A stretch of 64,000 nucleotides of DNA from Gemmatimonadota bacterium (GTDB taxonomy: Bacteria > Gemmatimonadota > Gemmatimonadetes > Palauibacterales > KS3-K002), in NCBI GenBank assembly GCA_039586795.1, contig JBDHJS010000014.1, positions 42,571 through 106,570 of the forward strand, in the 5' to 3' direction. The stretch's first letter is position 1; each line of letters starts with the position of its first letter. Shown here in pieces: positions 1 to 11,502 of this stretch. Position numbers and translations under genes: made by a program. Under the pieces are notes generated by a model. That model was not told the origin of the DNA. It worked only from the letters and a program-made list of their open reading frames with translations, and did no database searches.

Positions 1-274
1 TCAACAGAATCGATATGCCGTCGACGCCGAGCGAGTACGAGATTCCCCAATCCGGGATCCACGGTATACTCACGAAATTTTGATACTCGACCCTACCGAC
101 CTGGAAGGTCCAAAACATGGGGAGGGAAACCAGGAACTCCACCATGCCGGCACCGAACGCGAATTGCTTGAGCCATCCCTTGGGGATGAACAGACAGGCA
201 ATTCCCGCCACGGCCGGGAAGAAGACCAGGAAGGTGACGACCCAATGACTGCTGTAGAAATTCGCGAGCGACAT
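1..274 (-). CDS. nuoM: NADH-quinone oxidoreductase subunit M (5' part; truncated by window edge)
   Basis: Not in the ORF track. Manual translation from the ATG at 274 gives MSLANFYSSHWVVTFLVFFPAVAGIACLFIP...WIPDWGISYSLGVDGISILL, the NuoM N-terminal 'LGVDGIS' motif. It lies directly after nuoL. Confidence 0.9.
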   Translation of the reverse strand, partial: MSLANFYSSHWVVTFLVFFPAVAGIACLFIPKGWLKQFAFGAGMVEFLVSLPMFWTFQVGRVEYQNFVSIPWIPDWGISYSLGVDGISILL

Positions 275-287
275 CCTTTTATCAGTC

Positions 288-2363
288 CTAGAGTGTCACT
301 AATCCAAGAATGATGAGCACGCCCAGAACGACGATCAGCGCGTACGTGCCGATGGATCCCGTTTGGAAGCGGCTGAACACCCAACCAATGAAGCGCGTGA
401 AGTAAGCCGTGCCGTTCACGCCCACACCATCGATGATCCCCTGGTCGATCACGCGCCAGCAGAACCTGCACGTACCCCTGAACGGCCGCAGGATCACCGC
501 CTCGTATATCTCGTCCACGTAGTACTTGTTGTAGAGCACGCCCATCACTCCCGTCGGCGCTGCCGCTTCGCCCACCGGCTTGTACTTCTTCCCCGCCAGC
601 GCCCGGAACACGACGAGTATCACGACGACCGCCAGGACGGTTGAGATCAGCGCCCAGGTCCCTTCCCCACCCCCGATCGGTGATGCGTGCGCCGCTTCAC
701 CCAGATGCTCCACCATGATGTGCTCCGCCGCCTCGAACGACGGGTGCAGGAAGTGGTGCAGCCATGTGAACTCAGGAAGTACGGGCAGAGCCTCCGGGAT
801 ATTGATCCAGCCGGTCACCACCGAGCCGATGGCCAGTACCACCAGGGCTCCCGTCATGATGAGCGGCGCTTCGTGCAGGTACTTCCGAGCACCTTCTCCC
901 GCTCGGTTCTCGCCGTGGAACACCATCACCAGCCAGCGTGTGATGTAGCCCGCGGTGAGCAGTGCTGTCACGATCGCCATCGCCCACAGAACCGTCTTAC
1001 CGCCGGCGCCCACCGACCAGATGATCTCGTCTTTCGAGAAGAAACCGGCCAGCGGGAAGACGCCCGCCAGCGCCAGCGCGCCGATCCAGGCCGTCTTGAA
1101 CGTGGTGGGCATGAAGCGCTTCATGTCCCCCATGTTCCGCATGTCCTGCGTCATGTCTTCGCCCGCCGGCAGTCCAGCGTGCTCGAGACCATGGTGCATC
1201 GCGTGGATCACGGCGCCCGAGGCCATGAACAGCAGTGCCTTGAAGAAGGCGTGTGTACCGAGGTGGAATATCCCCGCCGTGAACGCGCCGACGCCCACCG
1301 CCAGAAACATGTAGCCGAGCTGCGAGATCGTGCTGTAGGCGATCACCCGCTTGATGTCGAACTGCGCCATCGCTATGGTCCCGGCGAACAGCGCCGTCAC
1401 GCCGCCCACGATCGCAACCACATTCATGCTCAGAGGCGCGAGCGCGAACAGAACGCCCGAGCGCGCCACCAAGTAGACGCCCGCCGTGACCATGGTGGCC
1501 GCGTGGATCAACGCCGACACGGGCGTCGGACCGTGCATCGCGTCGGGCAACCAGACGTAGAGCGGTATCTGCGCCGACTTACCAGTGCAACCCAGGAACA
1601 TGAAAAGCGTGATCAGCGTCACCGCCGCGCCGCCGTATTCAAACGCCCGCGGCGCCAGAGCGAATACGCTCTGGAAATCGAGGGTGCCCACGTAGGCGTA
1701 GATCGCGAACATCGCCATCAGAAAACCGAAATCGCCGATCCGGTTGACGATGAAGGCCTTCTGACCCGCCTCAGCTTTCTCGCCCTGCTTGAACCAGAAA
1801 CCGATCAACAGGTACGAGCAGAGCCCCACGCCCTCCCAACCGACGAACATCAATGGGAAGTTTGCAGCCAACACCAGCACCAGCATGAAGAAGACGAAGA
1901 GGTTCAGGTACGCGAAGTAGCGCGCGTAGCCTGGGTCCCCGCCCATGTAGCCAACGCTGTAGACATGAATGATGAAGCTGACGACCGTGACAACTATCGC
2001 CATCAGGATCGACAGCTGGTCCAGCTGTAGAGCGGCATCGACACGCAGCTGGGCCATGTCGATCCATGTCCAGTACGTGCGGACGACCGGCTCCGCATCG
2101 TGCGCCCCTGCGATGAGGACCAGGTTGATCACAGCGATCAGCGCGGCGAGCCCCAGTACCGATGGCCCGACGATGCTGACGACTTTCTTACGATCCGGCG
2201 CGAAGAACGCCAACGCTCCGTTGATCAAGAACCCGATGAGCGGGAAAAGGATCATCCACGACGGGAGAAACGGAACGTAGGTCGCTGCGTGCTCCGCAAC
2301 CGCCTCCTGGGCGGCTGGTTCTTGCGCCAGCGCGATGAGATCCAGGGCCAGAGGGCCTACCAT
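288..2363 (-). CDS. nuoL: NADH-quinone oxidoreductase subunit L
   Basis: Motifs [48 protein letters not shown] and HAFFKALLF; operon position. Confidence 0.98.
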   Translation of the reverse strand: MVGPLALDLIALAQEPAAQEAVAEHAATYVPFLPSWMILFPLIGFLINGALAFFAPDRKKVVSIVGPSVLGLAALIAVINLVLIAGAHDAEPVVRTYWTWIDMAQLRVDAALQLDQLSILMAIVVTVVSFIIHVYSVGYMGGDPGYARYFAYLNLFVFFMLVLVLAANFPLMFVGWEGVGLCSYLLIGFWFKQGEKAEAGQKAFIVNRIGDFGFLMAMFAIYAYVGTLDFQSVFALAPRAFEYGGAAVTLITLFMFLGCTGKSAQIPLYVWLPDAMHGPTPVSALIHAATMVTAGVYLVARSGVLFALAPLSMNVVAIVGGVTALFAGTIAMAQFDIKRVIAYSTISQLGYMFLAVGVGAFTAGIFHLGTHAFFKALLFMASGAVIHAMHHGLEHAGLPAGEDMTQDMRNMGDMKRFMPTTFKTAWIGALALAGVFPLAGFFSKDEIIWSVGAGGKTVLWAMAIVTALLTAGYITRWLVMVFHGENRAGEGARKYLHEAPLIMTGALVVLAIGSVVTGWINIPEALPVLPEFTWLHHFLHPSFEAAEHIMVEHLGEAAHASPIGGGEGTWALISTVLAVVVILVVFRALAGKKYKPVGEAAAPTGVMGVLYNKYYVDEIYEAVILRPFRGTCRFCWRVIDQGIIDGVGVNGTAYFTRFIGWVFSRFQTGSIGTYALIVVLGVLIILGLVTL

Positions 2364-2650
2364 CTCAATAACCTGAAGTTGCGTACGTCGGCTGAGCCGT
2401 AGTGGCGGAAGATCGAGATGATGATCGCCAACCCGACCGCGGCCTCAGCCGCCGCCACCGTCATCACGAATATCACGAATAACTGGGCTTCCACGCCCAC
2501 GTACCGGGATATCGTTACGAGCGTGAGGTTCACTGCGTTGAGCATGAGCTCGATACACATGAACATTACGATTGCGTTTCGACGCAGCAGCACGCCCACC
2601 GTCCCAATGGCAAACAGCAAAGCGCTCAATACCAGTGATTCGACGAACAT
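2357..2650 (-). CDS. nuoK: NADH-quinone oxidoreductase subunit K
   Basis: [17 protein letters not shown] and [12 protein letters not shown] motifs; 97 aa, three TM helices. Confidence 0.97.
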   Translation of the reverse strand: MFVESLVLSALLFAIGTVGVLLRRNAIVMFMCIELMLNAVNLTLVTISRYVGVEAQLFVIFVMTVAAAEAAVGLAIIISIFRHYGSADVRNFRLLRW

Positions 2651-2654
2651 GACG

Positions 2655-3170
<516 letters not shown>

Positions 3171-3212
3171 TGGGGTCTTATCCTGCGATCTCCCGGAACA
3201 TTCTCTCGCCCA

Positions 3213-3710
3213 TCACTCCGATGCCGGATCCTCCGGATCCCACAGCTGTGTGAATGGGTGATCTTGTGCTGCCAGCCGCTCCAGGTCGTAGACGAACCGT
3301 TCGCGACTGTACTCAGCGTTCTCATAGTGGACGCCGACGTGTATGGCCTCCACGGGACACACTTCCTGACAGTAGCCGCAGAAGATGCAGCGAAATTCGT
3401 CGATCTCGTAGATCGCCGCGTACCGCTCGCCGTTCTCGTCTTCCGCGGGGATGAGCTTGATGCAATTCGCAGGACAGATCGTCGGGCACAGGCCGCAAGC
3501 GACGCACTTGGCACGGCCGTCCTCGTGCACCGCCATGCGATGCGTGCCGCGCCAACGCGGCGACAGCTCCCATTTCTCTTCGGGGTACTGCTGCGAAACC
3601 GTCACCGGCTTGACCAGGTGCTTGAACGTGAGCGCCATCCCTTTGAGGCTAGCCCTCAGATACGACGCCCCGCCTTCTGGCCTATCGACTTTCTTTACGC
3701 TAATCGCCAT
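3213..3710 (-). CDS. nuoI: NADH-quinone oxidoreductase subunit I (2x[4Fe-4S])
   Basis: CVACGLCPTICP and CIFCGYCQEVCP ferredoxin motifs; QYPEE...RWRG. Confidence 0.98.
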   Translation of the reverse strand: MAISVKKVDRPEGGASYLRASLKGMALTFKHLVKPVTVSQQYPEEKWELSPRWRGTHRMAVHEDGRAKCVACGLCPTICPANCIKLIPAEDENGERYAAIYEIDEFRCIFCGYCQEVCPVEAIHVGVHYENAEYSRERFVYDLERLAAQDHPFTQLWDPEDPASE

Positions 3711-3722
3711 CGGCTACCCGTG

Positions 3723-4943
3723 TTAATCAGCCCGTTGAGGTCGCGCTTGATTCCAAGCGCTTCCTGTTATGATTCGCCTCCGGTCCAGCCAGAACACGAT
3801 GCCGGCCATCATCACCACGTTTAGCAGCGTCAGATAGAGGACGTACCGGAGCCCGAACTCGATGCCCGCCCGGTCCATATAGAGCATCACGCCGCCCAGC
3901 ACCGCTATGTATACGACCGACATCGGTATCAGCACTTTCCAGCCCAACGACATCACCTGGTCGTAGCGGAAGCGCGGTACGGTCCAGCGAACCCAGATGA
4001 ACACGAAGACGAAGAACACCACTTTGGCCGCGAAGAAGCAGGCCGTCAGCAACGTCTTCCATAACGCCGGCGCAGCGCCGACGATGGTTCCGTCCGCCGC
4101 CAGCGCCATGTTGTCGCCCGTCCAGAACGGGATATCCCAGCCGCCAAAGAAGAACGTCGCCATCAGCGCCGCCGCGGTGATCATGTTGGCGTATTCGGCC
4201 AGCATGAACATCGCGAACTTCATCGCCGAGTACTCGGTGTGAAAGCCGTACACCAGTTCCGACTCCGCCTCCGGCATATCGAACGGCGGTCGGTTGGTTT
4301 CGGCGTAGTACGACACCGTGAAGAACAGGAAGCACACCATCAGTGGGAGTATAAACCACAGCGTGTTCTGCTGCTGACTGATAATCTCCGGCAACGACAC
4401 GTTTCCGGACACCATCAGGATCGGTACGAGGCTGAGGCCCAGCGCCACCTCGTAACTGATCATCTGCGCCGACGCTCGAACGCCACCCAGGAACGGGTAC
4501 TTGCTGTTCGAAGCCCATCCGCCCAACACCAATCCATAGACGCCCAGCGAACCGATCGCTAGCACGTACAGGAAGCCGATGGGCAGGTTGGCCACCACCA
4601 TGTCGACGTTCCCCCACGGCGTGCTCAGCGGTGCGGCAAACGGGATGACCGCAAAGACGACAAAGGCCGGGAACATCGAAATCGCCGGCGCCAGGTAGAA
4701 CAGCCAGCGCGACGACTCGGCGGGACGAACCTCTTCCTTCAGAAAGTTCTTGATTCCATCCGCAATCGGTTGAAAGACGCCCCAGGGCCCAACGCGATTC
4801 GGTCCGCTCCGGTCCTGTATCCAGGCGGCGATCTTCCGCTCGGCCAGCGTCGTAATCGCGACCGCCAACAGCCAGACCATGAAGACGACTACCATCTTCA
4901 CGAACCCGGCGATCAGAAATGCCGTAGTTGAGAGAGAACTCAT
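3723..4943 (-). CDS. nuoH: NADH-quinone oxidoreductase subunit H
   Basis: ERKIAAWIQDRSGPNRVG, AETNRPPFDMPEAESEL and PRFRYDQ motifs. Confidence 0.98.
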   Translation of the reverse strand: MSSLSTTAFLIAGFVKMVVVFMVWLLAVAITTLAERKIAAWIQDRSGPNRVGPWGVFQPIADGIKNFLKEEVRPAESSRWLFYLAPAISMFPAFVVFAVIPFAAPLSTPWGNVDMVVANLPIGFLYVLAIGSLGVYGLVLGGWASNSKYPFLGGVRASAQMISYEVALGLSLVPILMVSGNVSLPEIISQQQNTLWFILPLMVCFLFFTVSYYAETNRPPFDMPEAESELVYGFHTEYSAMKFAMFMLAEYANMITAAALMATFFFGGWDIPFWTGDNMALAADGTIVGAAPALWKTLLTACFFAAKVVFFVFVFIWVRWTVPRFRYDQVMSLGWKVLIPMSVVYIAVLGGVMLYMDRAGIEFGLRYVLYLTLLNVVMMAGIVFWLDRRRIITGSAWNQARPQRAD

Positions 4944-4967
4944 CTTCGACTCTTATCAGTCAGCTGT

Positions 4968-6548
4968 TCAGCTCGCCGTCGCCGCGGTACCCGCGCCCGC
5001 TATCTTCGCTCCCTGCAAGCCGAGCTTCTCGTAGCTCATTCCATCGAAGGCGTCGTATTCACTCGCCAGAGCGGCAAACGCCTCCGCCGCCGTCCTTAAC
5101 TCACTGCCCGCCCCCATGCGCGACAACACGACGGAGCCCGTCATCCAGATCGGCCGCGCCAGTCCCGGCGCTCGGAGCGCTTGCGAAAAACGCTGTACGC
5201 GTCCTTCGTAATTGGTGAATGTACCGTCCATCTCGGCGAACGTCGGAGAAGGCAGCGCTAAGTGCGCGTTGCGGGCCGCAGCACTCAACCTGTTGCCGAT
5301 ATAGACGAACAGTCTCGCTTTGGCGCCAAAGTCCTCCGGCGCGTCTTCCAGGTCTTCCTCCAGCACGAAAAGGGCGCCGGCGTGGTCGGCCACAGCGAAT
5401 GGATCGTCCGTTCGCTTGAAGCCCAGTGCTTGTGCGCCGTTCACGTTGGCAGCCCGCTCTTCACGCAAGGTCAGCGTCGGAAATCCGGCGAGCACCTCCT
5501 CGGGCCCGGTCTCAACCCGGAACCCACCGCCCTCGAAACCGACTTGGTCCATCAGCTTGTGCAGAGCATACAGGCTTTCGTTGGACGCCCCGGCGCTGAC
5601 CAGCGCACGGGCACCCCCGGGGCCGCTCTCGAGACCCGATGCTAATGATTCGAGGGCGCGCGTCCAGTCGGCTGGCTTGAGCGCGCCGTCCTCGCGGACC
5701 ATCGGTACCTCGAGACGATCTCCGGCGCCCCAATTGACCACGCTCTGTCGCCCATGGTCACACATCCAGTAGGAGTTGACCTCGGCGTTGTGACGCGGCT
5801 TGGCTCGGAGGATCCGATTCTCTTTCGTGCCGAGCGACACATTGCAGCCCTGTGTACAACCCGGGCAGACGCTAGCCGTGCGATCCAAGTCCCACGAACG
5901 AGCCTTGAATAGAAAGTCCTCGTTCACCAGCGCGCCCACTGGACACACGTCCACGATGTTCATCGAGAACGGGTGTTCGAACAGCTCGCCGGTCATCGTG
6001 TCGATATAGCCGCGCGAGCCTCGGTTCATCACTTCGATCAACGCATCGCCCGCTACTTCGTCCATGAACCGGACGCAGCGCGTACAGAGGATACAACGGT
6101 CTGCGAAGTAGACGATATCGCTCGTCAGGTGATCGCGACCCAACACGACCTTGGGCTCCACGTTGCGTGTGCGCAGCTGGCCCGTCTCGAACGCGTAGTC
6201 CTGTAGCTCGCACTGGCCGGCCGCGTCGCAGATCGGACAGTCCAACGGGTGATTGACCAGCAAGAACTCGACGGCGGCCTTTCGGGCTTTGCGCGCGTCG
6301 GCGTTGTCGGTCGTGACTACCATCCCGTCCTGAACCGTCTGCACGCACGACGGAAGCGGTTTAGGCGCGCCCTCCACCTCGACCAGGCACATCCGGCAGA
6401 CGGCCGGAGCGCTGAGGCCGGGGTGATAGCAGTACCGGGGTATCACTATGCCGACACGTTCCGCCGCATGGAGGATCGTCGTGCCGACCGGTACGGATAC
6501 CTTGGCTCCGTCGATCGTTAGTTCTACGAGCTTGTTCTCATCGTTCAT
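4968..6548 (-). CDS. nuoG: NADH-quinone oxidoreductase subunit G (short form)
   Basis: IPRYCYHPGL..CRMCLVE, HPLDCPICDAAGQCELQD, CILCTRCVRF and CPGCTQGC..C Fe-S motifs. Confidence 0.95.
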   Translation of the reverse strand: MNDENKLVELTIDGAKVSVPVGTTILHAAERVGIVIPRYCYHPGLSAPAVCRMCLVEVEGAPKPLPSCVQTVQDGMVVTTDNADARKARKAAVEFLLVNHPLDCPICDAAGQCELQDYAFETGQLRTRNVEPKVVLGRDHLTSDIVYFADRCILCTRCVRFMDEVAGDALIEVMNRGSRGYIDTMTGELFEHPFSMNIVDVCPVGALVNEDFLFKARSWDLDRTASVCPGCTQGCNVSLGTKENRILRAKPRHNAEVNSYWMCDHGRQSVVNWGAGDRLEVPMVREDGALKPADWTRALESLASGLESGPGGARALVSAGASNESLYALHKLMDQVGFEGGGFRVETGPEEVLAGFPTLTLREERAANVNGAQALGFKRTDDPFAVADHAGALFVLEEDLEDAPEDFGAKARLFVYIGNRLSAAARNAHLALPSPTFAEMDGTFTNYEGRVQRFSQALRAPGLARPIWMTGSVVLSRMGAGSELRTAAEAFAALASEYDAFDGMSYEKLGLQGAKIAGAGTAATAS

Positions 6549-6575
6549 GCGCTTCGACCGTCGCTATCTCACGTG

Positions 6576-7865
6576 CTAGCGCGCCGCGGTGCAACTGCCA
6601 TCGCGGATGTGCGCCAGGTATTCGTCCTCGAATTTCTGGATCGAACTCACAACAGGTACGGCTGCGCTGTCGGACAACGGACAGATCGTCTTCCCTACCA
6701 TGTTCGAGCCGACATCGAGCAACAGCGGCAAGTCTTCTTCGCGTCCGTCGCCACGCTCGATGCGTCTCAGGATCTTGGCCAACCACGAGGTCCCTTCACG
6801 ACAATTCGTACATTGGCCGCACGACTCGTGGGCGTAGAACTCCACCATCTTGCGGACCGCGTGGACGATGCACGTCGAGTCGTCCATCGCGATCAGCCCG
6901 CCCGAACCCAGGAACGAGCCGGCCGCTTCGATGCCTTCGTAGGTACAATCGCAGTCGATCTCGTCCAACGTCATAATCGGCACCGACGAGCCGCCGGGAA
7001 TCAACGCCTTCAGTTGACGCCCTTCCGGCGGACCGCCGCACAGATCGAAAACCAGTTCCTTCAGACTGAAGTCTAGCGGAACCTCATAGTTGCCCGGTCG
7101 CTGAAGGTGCCCACAACAGGAAAACAGCTTGGTGCCCGGGCTCTTCTCGGTCCCCCACTGCCGATACCAGTCGGCGCCGTTCTCCATGATGTGCGGGACG
7201 GCGGCCAGCGTCTCGACGTTGTTCACCGTCGTTGGCATCCCAAACGCGCCCTGCTGCGCGGGAAACGGCGGCTTGATCCGAGGCTCGGCGCGCCGACCTT
7301 CCAGCGAATTGAGCAGCCCCGTTTCCTCACCGGCGATATAGGCGCCGGCGCCCAGGTGCACCGTCAGGTCAAGATTGAAACCGGAGCCCTGTATGTTCTC
7401 GCCCAGATATCCACGCTCGTAGGCCTCGACCACCGCGCCATTCAACACGCGCACGACATCCACGAACTCGCCGCGGATATAGATGTAGGCGTGTGAGGCC
7501 CGGATCGCGTACGAGCAGATGATGATCCCCTCGATCAGCTGGTGGGGTGTCCACCGCATGATCTCGCGGTCCTTGAACGTGCCGGGTTCGCTTTCGTCGG
7601 CGTTGCAGGCGAGGTAATTGGGACGGTCTCCATCCTTGGGCATGAAGCTCCACTTCAGGCCGGCCGGGAAACCGGCGCCGCCGCGGCCGCGAAGACCGGA
7701 CTCTTTTACGACTTCGATGACCTCGTCGGGCGACTTCTCGAACACACCCTTCAATGCGGTGTAGCCGCCGCGCTCGATCCACCCATCAATTCCGATGGCG
7801 TCTTTGTCCCCGAAGTACTTGGATAGGACCCGAACCTCGCGCGGGTGGGCGTACGGATACGCCAT
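6576..7865 (-). CDS. nuoF: NADH-quinone oxidoreductase subunit F (FMN/NADH binding)
   Basis: GLRGRGGAGFP, CNADESEPGTFKDR, GAGAYIAGEET and ESCGQCTNCREG motifs. Confidence 0.98.
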   Translation of the reverse strand: MAYPYAHPREVRVLSKYFGDKDAIGIDGWIERGGYTALKGVFEKSPDEVIEVVKESGLRGRGGAGFPAGLKWSFMPKDGDRPNYLACNADESEPGTFKDREIMRWTPHQLIEGIIICSYAIRASHAYIYIRGEFVDVVRVLNGAVVEAYERGYLGENIQGSGFNLDLTVHLGAGAYIAGEETGLLNSLEGRRAEPRIKPPFPAQQGAFGMPTTVNNVETLAAVPHIMENGADWYRQWGTEKSPGTKLFSCCGHLQRPGNYEVPLDFSLKELVFDLCGGPPEGRQLKALIPGGSSVPIMTLDEIDCDCTYEGIEAAGSFLGSGGLIAMDDSTCIVHAVRKMVEFYAHESCGQCTNCREGTSWLAKILRRIERGDGREEDLPLLLDVGSNMVGKTICPLSDSAAVPVVSSIQKFEDEYLAHIRDGSCTAAR

Positions 7866-7868
7866 GGC

Positions 7869-8408
7869 TCAATCCAGCTCCTTCAGCAAGCCTTCCACAT
7901 CCTTGGCTTGCACGTTTTCGTAAATCTTGTCGTTGACCTGTACCATTGCCGGGAATCCACAGCCACCCAGGCACTCCACTTCAACAATCGTATACTTCCC
8001 GTCTTCCGACGTCTCTCCGATTCGCGTCTTCGTCGCTTCCAGCAAACCCTCGACCACACCCTCCGCGCCACATAGATCGCAACCGATTCCCGTGCAGACC
8101 TGAATCAGGTACTTACCCACCGGATGCAGCTGATACATGGTGTAGAACGAGGCAACCGAGCGAGCGTAGGCCGAGGTCAGGTCCAGCAGTTCCGCCACGC
8201 GACCGATCGTCTCGGGGGAAAGCCAACCCCTCAACTCCTGAGCCATGCTGAGAACGGGTAGCAGCGCCGCGCGCTTGTCCGGGTACCGGCTCAGAATCTT
8301 GTCGAACCGGTCCTTGTACTCGCCTTCGAAGAGCGGCGCGTCCGGGTTGTTCTCGTCACTCTGCGACGGTTGCCCGCTCACGATCGCAGGATGCATCCCG
8401 TCGCTCAT
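7869..8408 (-). CDS. nuoE: NADH-quinone oxidoreductase subunit E ([2Fe-2S])
   Basis: VASFYTMY, CTGIGC and ECLGGC thioredoxin-like 2Fe-2S motif. Confidence 0.96.
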   Translation of the reverse strand: MSDGMHPAIVSGQPSQSDENNPDAPLFEGEYKDRFDKILSRYPDKRAALLPVLSMAQELRGWLSPETIGRVAELLDLTSAYARSVASFYTMYQLHPVGKYLIQVCTGIGCDLCGAEGVVEGLLEATKTRIGETSEDGKYTIVEVECLGGCGFPAMVQVNDKIYENVQAKDVEGLLKELD

Positions 8409-10219
8409 CTATCGATCTCCCCGAGCACGATATCGATGCTCGCGTTAACCGCTATCAGGTCGGCGACCAATTCGCCCTCCACCAGAGCCGGTAGGTTGGA
8501 CATGTTCATGAACGAAGGACCCCGGTATCGGCAACGAACTGGTTTGGAACCGCCGTCCGACACCAGGTAGAACCCCAGCTCGCCCTTCGAACTCTCGATC
8601 GAATACCAGACCTCGCCCGCGGGAACCTTGACGCCCTCCATGACCAGCTTGAAGTGATTGATCATGCCGTCAATCGAGTTCATCACCGTCGACTTCGGCG
8701 GCAAGATGACGCGCGGGTCGCTTACGTTGATATCGCCGTCCGGCACCCGGTCGAGGGCCTGCCTGAGGATGCGGATCGACTGCCGCATCTCTTCCATGCG
8801 GACCAAATACCGGTCGTACGTATCTCCGTACTCTCCGATCGGCACATCGAAGTTGTAGGTCTCGTAGTCGAGATACGGATTGTCTTTCCGGACATCGTAC
8901 GGCACGCCAGAAGCGCGCAGGTTCGGGCCGCATAGCGCGTTGTTGATCGCGTCATCAGGACCCATCACGCCCACGCCTTGCGTCCGCCCGATCCAGATCG
9001 AGTTCTTGGTCAGCAGCCGGTCGGTTTCGTCCAGCGTACCCGGGAACGTATCGACGAACTCGCGCACGCTATCCAGCCAACCCGGAGGGATGTCCGCCAT
9101 CATGCCGCCCACGCGTGAAACGCTCGTCGTCATGCGAGCGCCGGCGTATGCTTCATGCAGGTTGTAGATCCGCTCACGTTCCTGGAACGTGTACAGGAAT
9201 GGAGTGAAGGCCCCGATATCGATCGCTGTCGTTCCCACCCAAATCAGGTGAGAAAGGATCCGGTTCAGCTCCATGCAGATCATCCGGATCACCTTGCAAC
9301 GTGGCGTGGCCTCGATGCCCAGCAACTTCTCCACCGCCATCGCGTAGCCGATGTTGTACATCATCGGCGCCAGGTAATCCATGCGATCGGTCAACGGGAT
9401 GACCTGATTCCACGTCCGATACTCGCTGAGTTTCTCGAAACCGGTGTGCAGGTAGCCGATGTGCGGCGTGCACTTCACGATCGTCTCGCCGTCCAACTCG
9501 CAGACAAGTCTCAGCACGCCATGGGTCGCCGGGTGCTGCGGCCCCACATTTAGGATCATGTTCTGCGTGTCGATGTCGGGGACGGTATCCCCGGACTGAG
9601 CCTGCGATCCGCGGTCGACCGCTCGCGACCGATCTTTGACGACCGCCAGCTCGTCCAGGCTGTAGATGTCCTCGAGATCTCTTGCCAGGGCACGTCGCGT
9701 CTGTTCCGCCCGTGTGAAGCGCCCCCGTAGCGGAAAGTCCTTCCGCAGCGGATAGCCTTCCTCGTAGTTCTCGGGCATCAGGATGCGGCGATGATCGGGG
9801 TGGCCTTCGAACGTGATGCCGAACATGTCGTACACTTCGCGCTCGAGCCAATTCGAACCGCGCCAGATCCCGCAGACGCTCCTGATTCGTGGGCGATCGA
9901 GTGGCACTTCCGCTTTGACGCGCAACGGAAGATCTCGGCCTGTTGACCAGAGCTCGTAGACCACCTGGACAGGACGCCCGCCACCGAGGTCCAGCCCCGT
10001 GACGTCGCGTACCATATCGAAGCCTTGAGTTTCGCGGAGATACGTGAGGACTTCGATGTTACGGTCACAGTCTATGTAGACGACGGGCTCACCCGCGGCA
10101 TCCACCTCGACCATCCGCACCGTTTCCCCAAACTCCAAACGCAGCTGCTCCACGTCGCTACGCTTAACGGCGTTCGCCACGCTCACGCTTTCTTCTCCCA
10201 GGGTCGTGCTCGACGGCAT
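8405..10219 (-). CDS. nuoCD: Fused NADH-quinone oxidoreductase subunit C/D
   Basis: N-terminal NuoC motifs (WLEREVYDMFGITFEGHPD, PLRKDFP) and C-terminal NuoD motifs (NVGPQHPATHGVLRL, DIVLGEIDR) in one 604-aa ORF. Confidence 0.96.
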   Translation of the reverse strand: MPSSTTLGEESVSVANAVKRSDVEQLRLEFGETVRMVEVDAAGEPVVYIDCDRNIEVLTYLRETQGFDMVRDVTGLDLGGGRPVQVVYELWSTGRDLPLRVKAEVPLDRPRIRSVCGIWRGSNWLEREVYDMFGITFEGHPDHRRILMPENYEEGYPLRKDFPLRGRFTRAEQTRRALARDLEDIYSLDELAVVKDRSRAVDRGSQAQSGDTVPDIDTQNMILNVGPQHPATHGVLRLVCELDGETIVKCTPHIGYLHTGFEKLSEYRTWNQVIPLTDRMDYLAPMMYNIGYAMAVEKLLGIEATPRCKVIRMICMELNRILSHLIWVGTTAIDIGAFTPFLYTFQERERIYNLHEAYAGARMTTSVSRVGGMMADIPPGWLDSVREFVDTFPGTLDETDRLLTKNSIWIGRTQGVGVMGPDDAINNALCGPNLRASGVPYDVRKDNPYLDYETYNFDVPIGEYGDTYDRYLVRMEEMRQSIRILRQALDRVPDGDINVSDPRVILPPKSTVMNSIDGMINHFKLVMEGVKVPAGEVWYSIESSKGELGFYLVSDGGSKPVRCRYRGPSFMNMSNLPALVEGELVADLIAVNASIDIVLGEIDR

Positions 10220-10327
10220 TCTCCCAAAACCTGTCGTTCACGGTCGTTTCCGGCCGCACCCCGCGCGCTCACAACCGTCGCGGACCGGCCTGCCTACACC
10301 CGCGGGCCACTGCCCGCCGGGTTTCCA

Positions 10328-11002
10328 TTAGTCTTTTCGATCGCCGGGGCGAAGGATGGGAGACGGGCTCTCCAGGCCGCTCACCTTGTTCTGGAACGTC
10401 GAGTTCCCGAACGGCGCGGCTATGAGATCCACGTCCTCGGGCGAAAGCTGCTGCTGCCCCGCGTCTTCCGGGTTCTCCTCTCGGGCGCGCGGGTCCTTGA
10501 ACGACTCGCCCTTGATCTTCTCCTGTATCATCAGGAGCGAATAGAGGAGGCCCTCGGGTCGCGGTGGACACCCGGGTACGTAGACGTCGACAGGCACGAT
10601 CGTATCTATGCCCTGGGTCAGCGTGTACGTGTCGAACACGCCACCCGTCGAGGCGCAGGCTCCCATGCTGATACACCACTTCGGCTGCGGCATCTGGTCC
10701 CAGATTCGGCGCATCACAGGGGCCATCTTGTACGACACTCGGCCGGCTACGATCATCACGTCCGCCTGCCGGGGCGTATAGCCCATGCGCTCCATGCCGT
10801 AGCGCGCCTGGTCGTACTTCGAGGCCGCCGCCGCCATCATTTCGATCGCACAGCAAGCCGTCCCGAACGGCATCGGCCACAGGCTGCCACGCCGCGCCCA
10901 ATTCACCAGATCGTCCAAACGCGCTATGATCCAGCTGCGCGGGATCTCGGTTTCTACCTTCCGATGACCTGGATCCATGGTGTCTTTATCCGCTTTCGCC
11001 AT
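10328..11002 (-). CDS. nuoB: NADH-quinone oxidoreductase subunit B
   Basis: GTACCAIEM, ISMGACASTGG and YVPGCPPRPE motifs. Confidence 0.98.
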   Translation of the reverse strand: MAKADKDTMDPGHRKVETEIPRSWIIARLDDLVNWARRGSLWPMPFGTACCAIEMMAAAASKYDQARYGMERMGYTPRQADVMIVAGRVSYKMAPVMRRIWDQMPQPKWCISMGACASTGGVFDTYTLTQGIDTIVPVDVYVPGCPPRPEGLLYSLLMIQEKIKGESFKDPRAREENPEDAGQQQLSPEDVDLIAAPFGNSTFQNKVSGLESPSPILRPGDRKD

Positions 11003-11057
11003 CTTCTATCCTTCACACCCCCACTACGAATCAGCTTCAATTAACGCCCGGGCGGCC

Positions 11058-11414
11058 TCAATCCCACTCCAGTGCGCCTTTCTTCCACTCGTAGAGCAGT
11101 CCGATCACCAGGAGCGCCAGGAAGATCATGATCGTTATGTAACCGAACAGTCCCAGCTGCTTGAACACCACTCCCCACGTGAACAGGATGACCACTTCCA
11201 CGTCGAACAGCAGGAAGAGCATCGCCACCACGTAGTACTTAACGGCGAAGCGCTCCCGCGGGCTCCCGATGGCCGGAATCCCCGACTCGTACGGCTCGCC
11301 TTTGACTTTGGTCGGCCTGTACGTGCTGAATATCTGCGAGCCGATGACCATGATCGCAGCGACTGCCAGGCTCGCACCGAAGATCATGAGGACAGGAACG
11401 TACTCACGGAGCAT
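11058..11414 (-). CDS. nuoA: NADH-quinone oxidoreductase subunit A
   Basis: PYESG, FLLFDVE and YEWKKGALEW motifs. Confidence 0.98.
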   Translation of the reverse strand: MLREYVPVLMIFGASLAVAAIMVIGSQIFSTYRPTKVKGEPYESGIPAIGSPRERFAVKYYVVAMLFLLFDVEVVILFTWGVVFKQLGLFGYITIMIFLALLVIGLLYEWKKGALEWD

Positions 11415-11461
11415 CGTCTATAGCCCCCAAAAACGAGAAAAAATGCCACAGAATAGCGGCC

Positions 11462-11489
11462 ATAATAACACCGCGACCCGCGGTGTCAA
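11462..11489 (-). promoter_or_regulatory. Sigma70-type promoter for the nuo operon
   Basis: Minus strand reads TTGACA(11489-11484)-N16-TATTAT(11467-11462) with a TG extended -10, about 48 bp upstream of the nuoA ATG. Confidence 0.6.
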
Positions 11490-11502
11490 TAGAAAATCGG
11501 CC

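Noticed and set aside
687..2030. 447-aa plus-strand ORF opposite nuoL (likewise 18747-20249, 42161-43411 and 49364-50803)
   Set aside because: Antisense or alternate-frame shadows of conserved GC3-biased genes. Their composition is rich in Arg/His/Pro, with no motifs.
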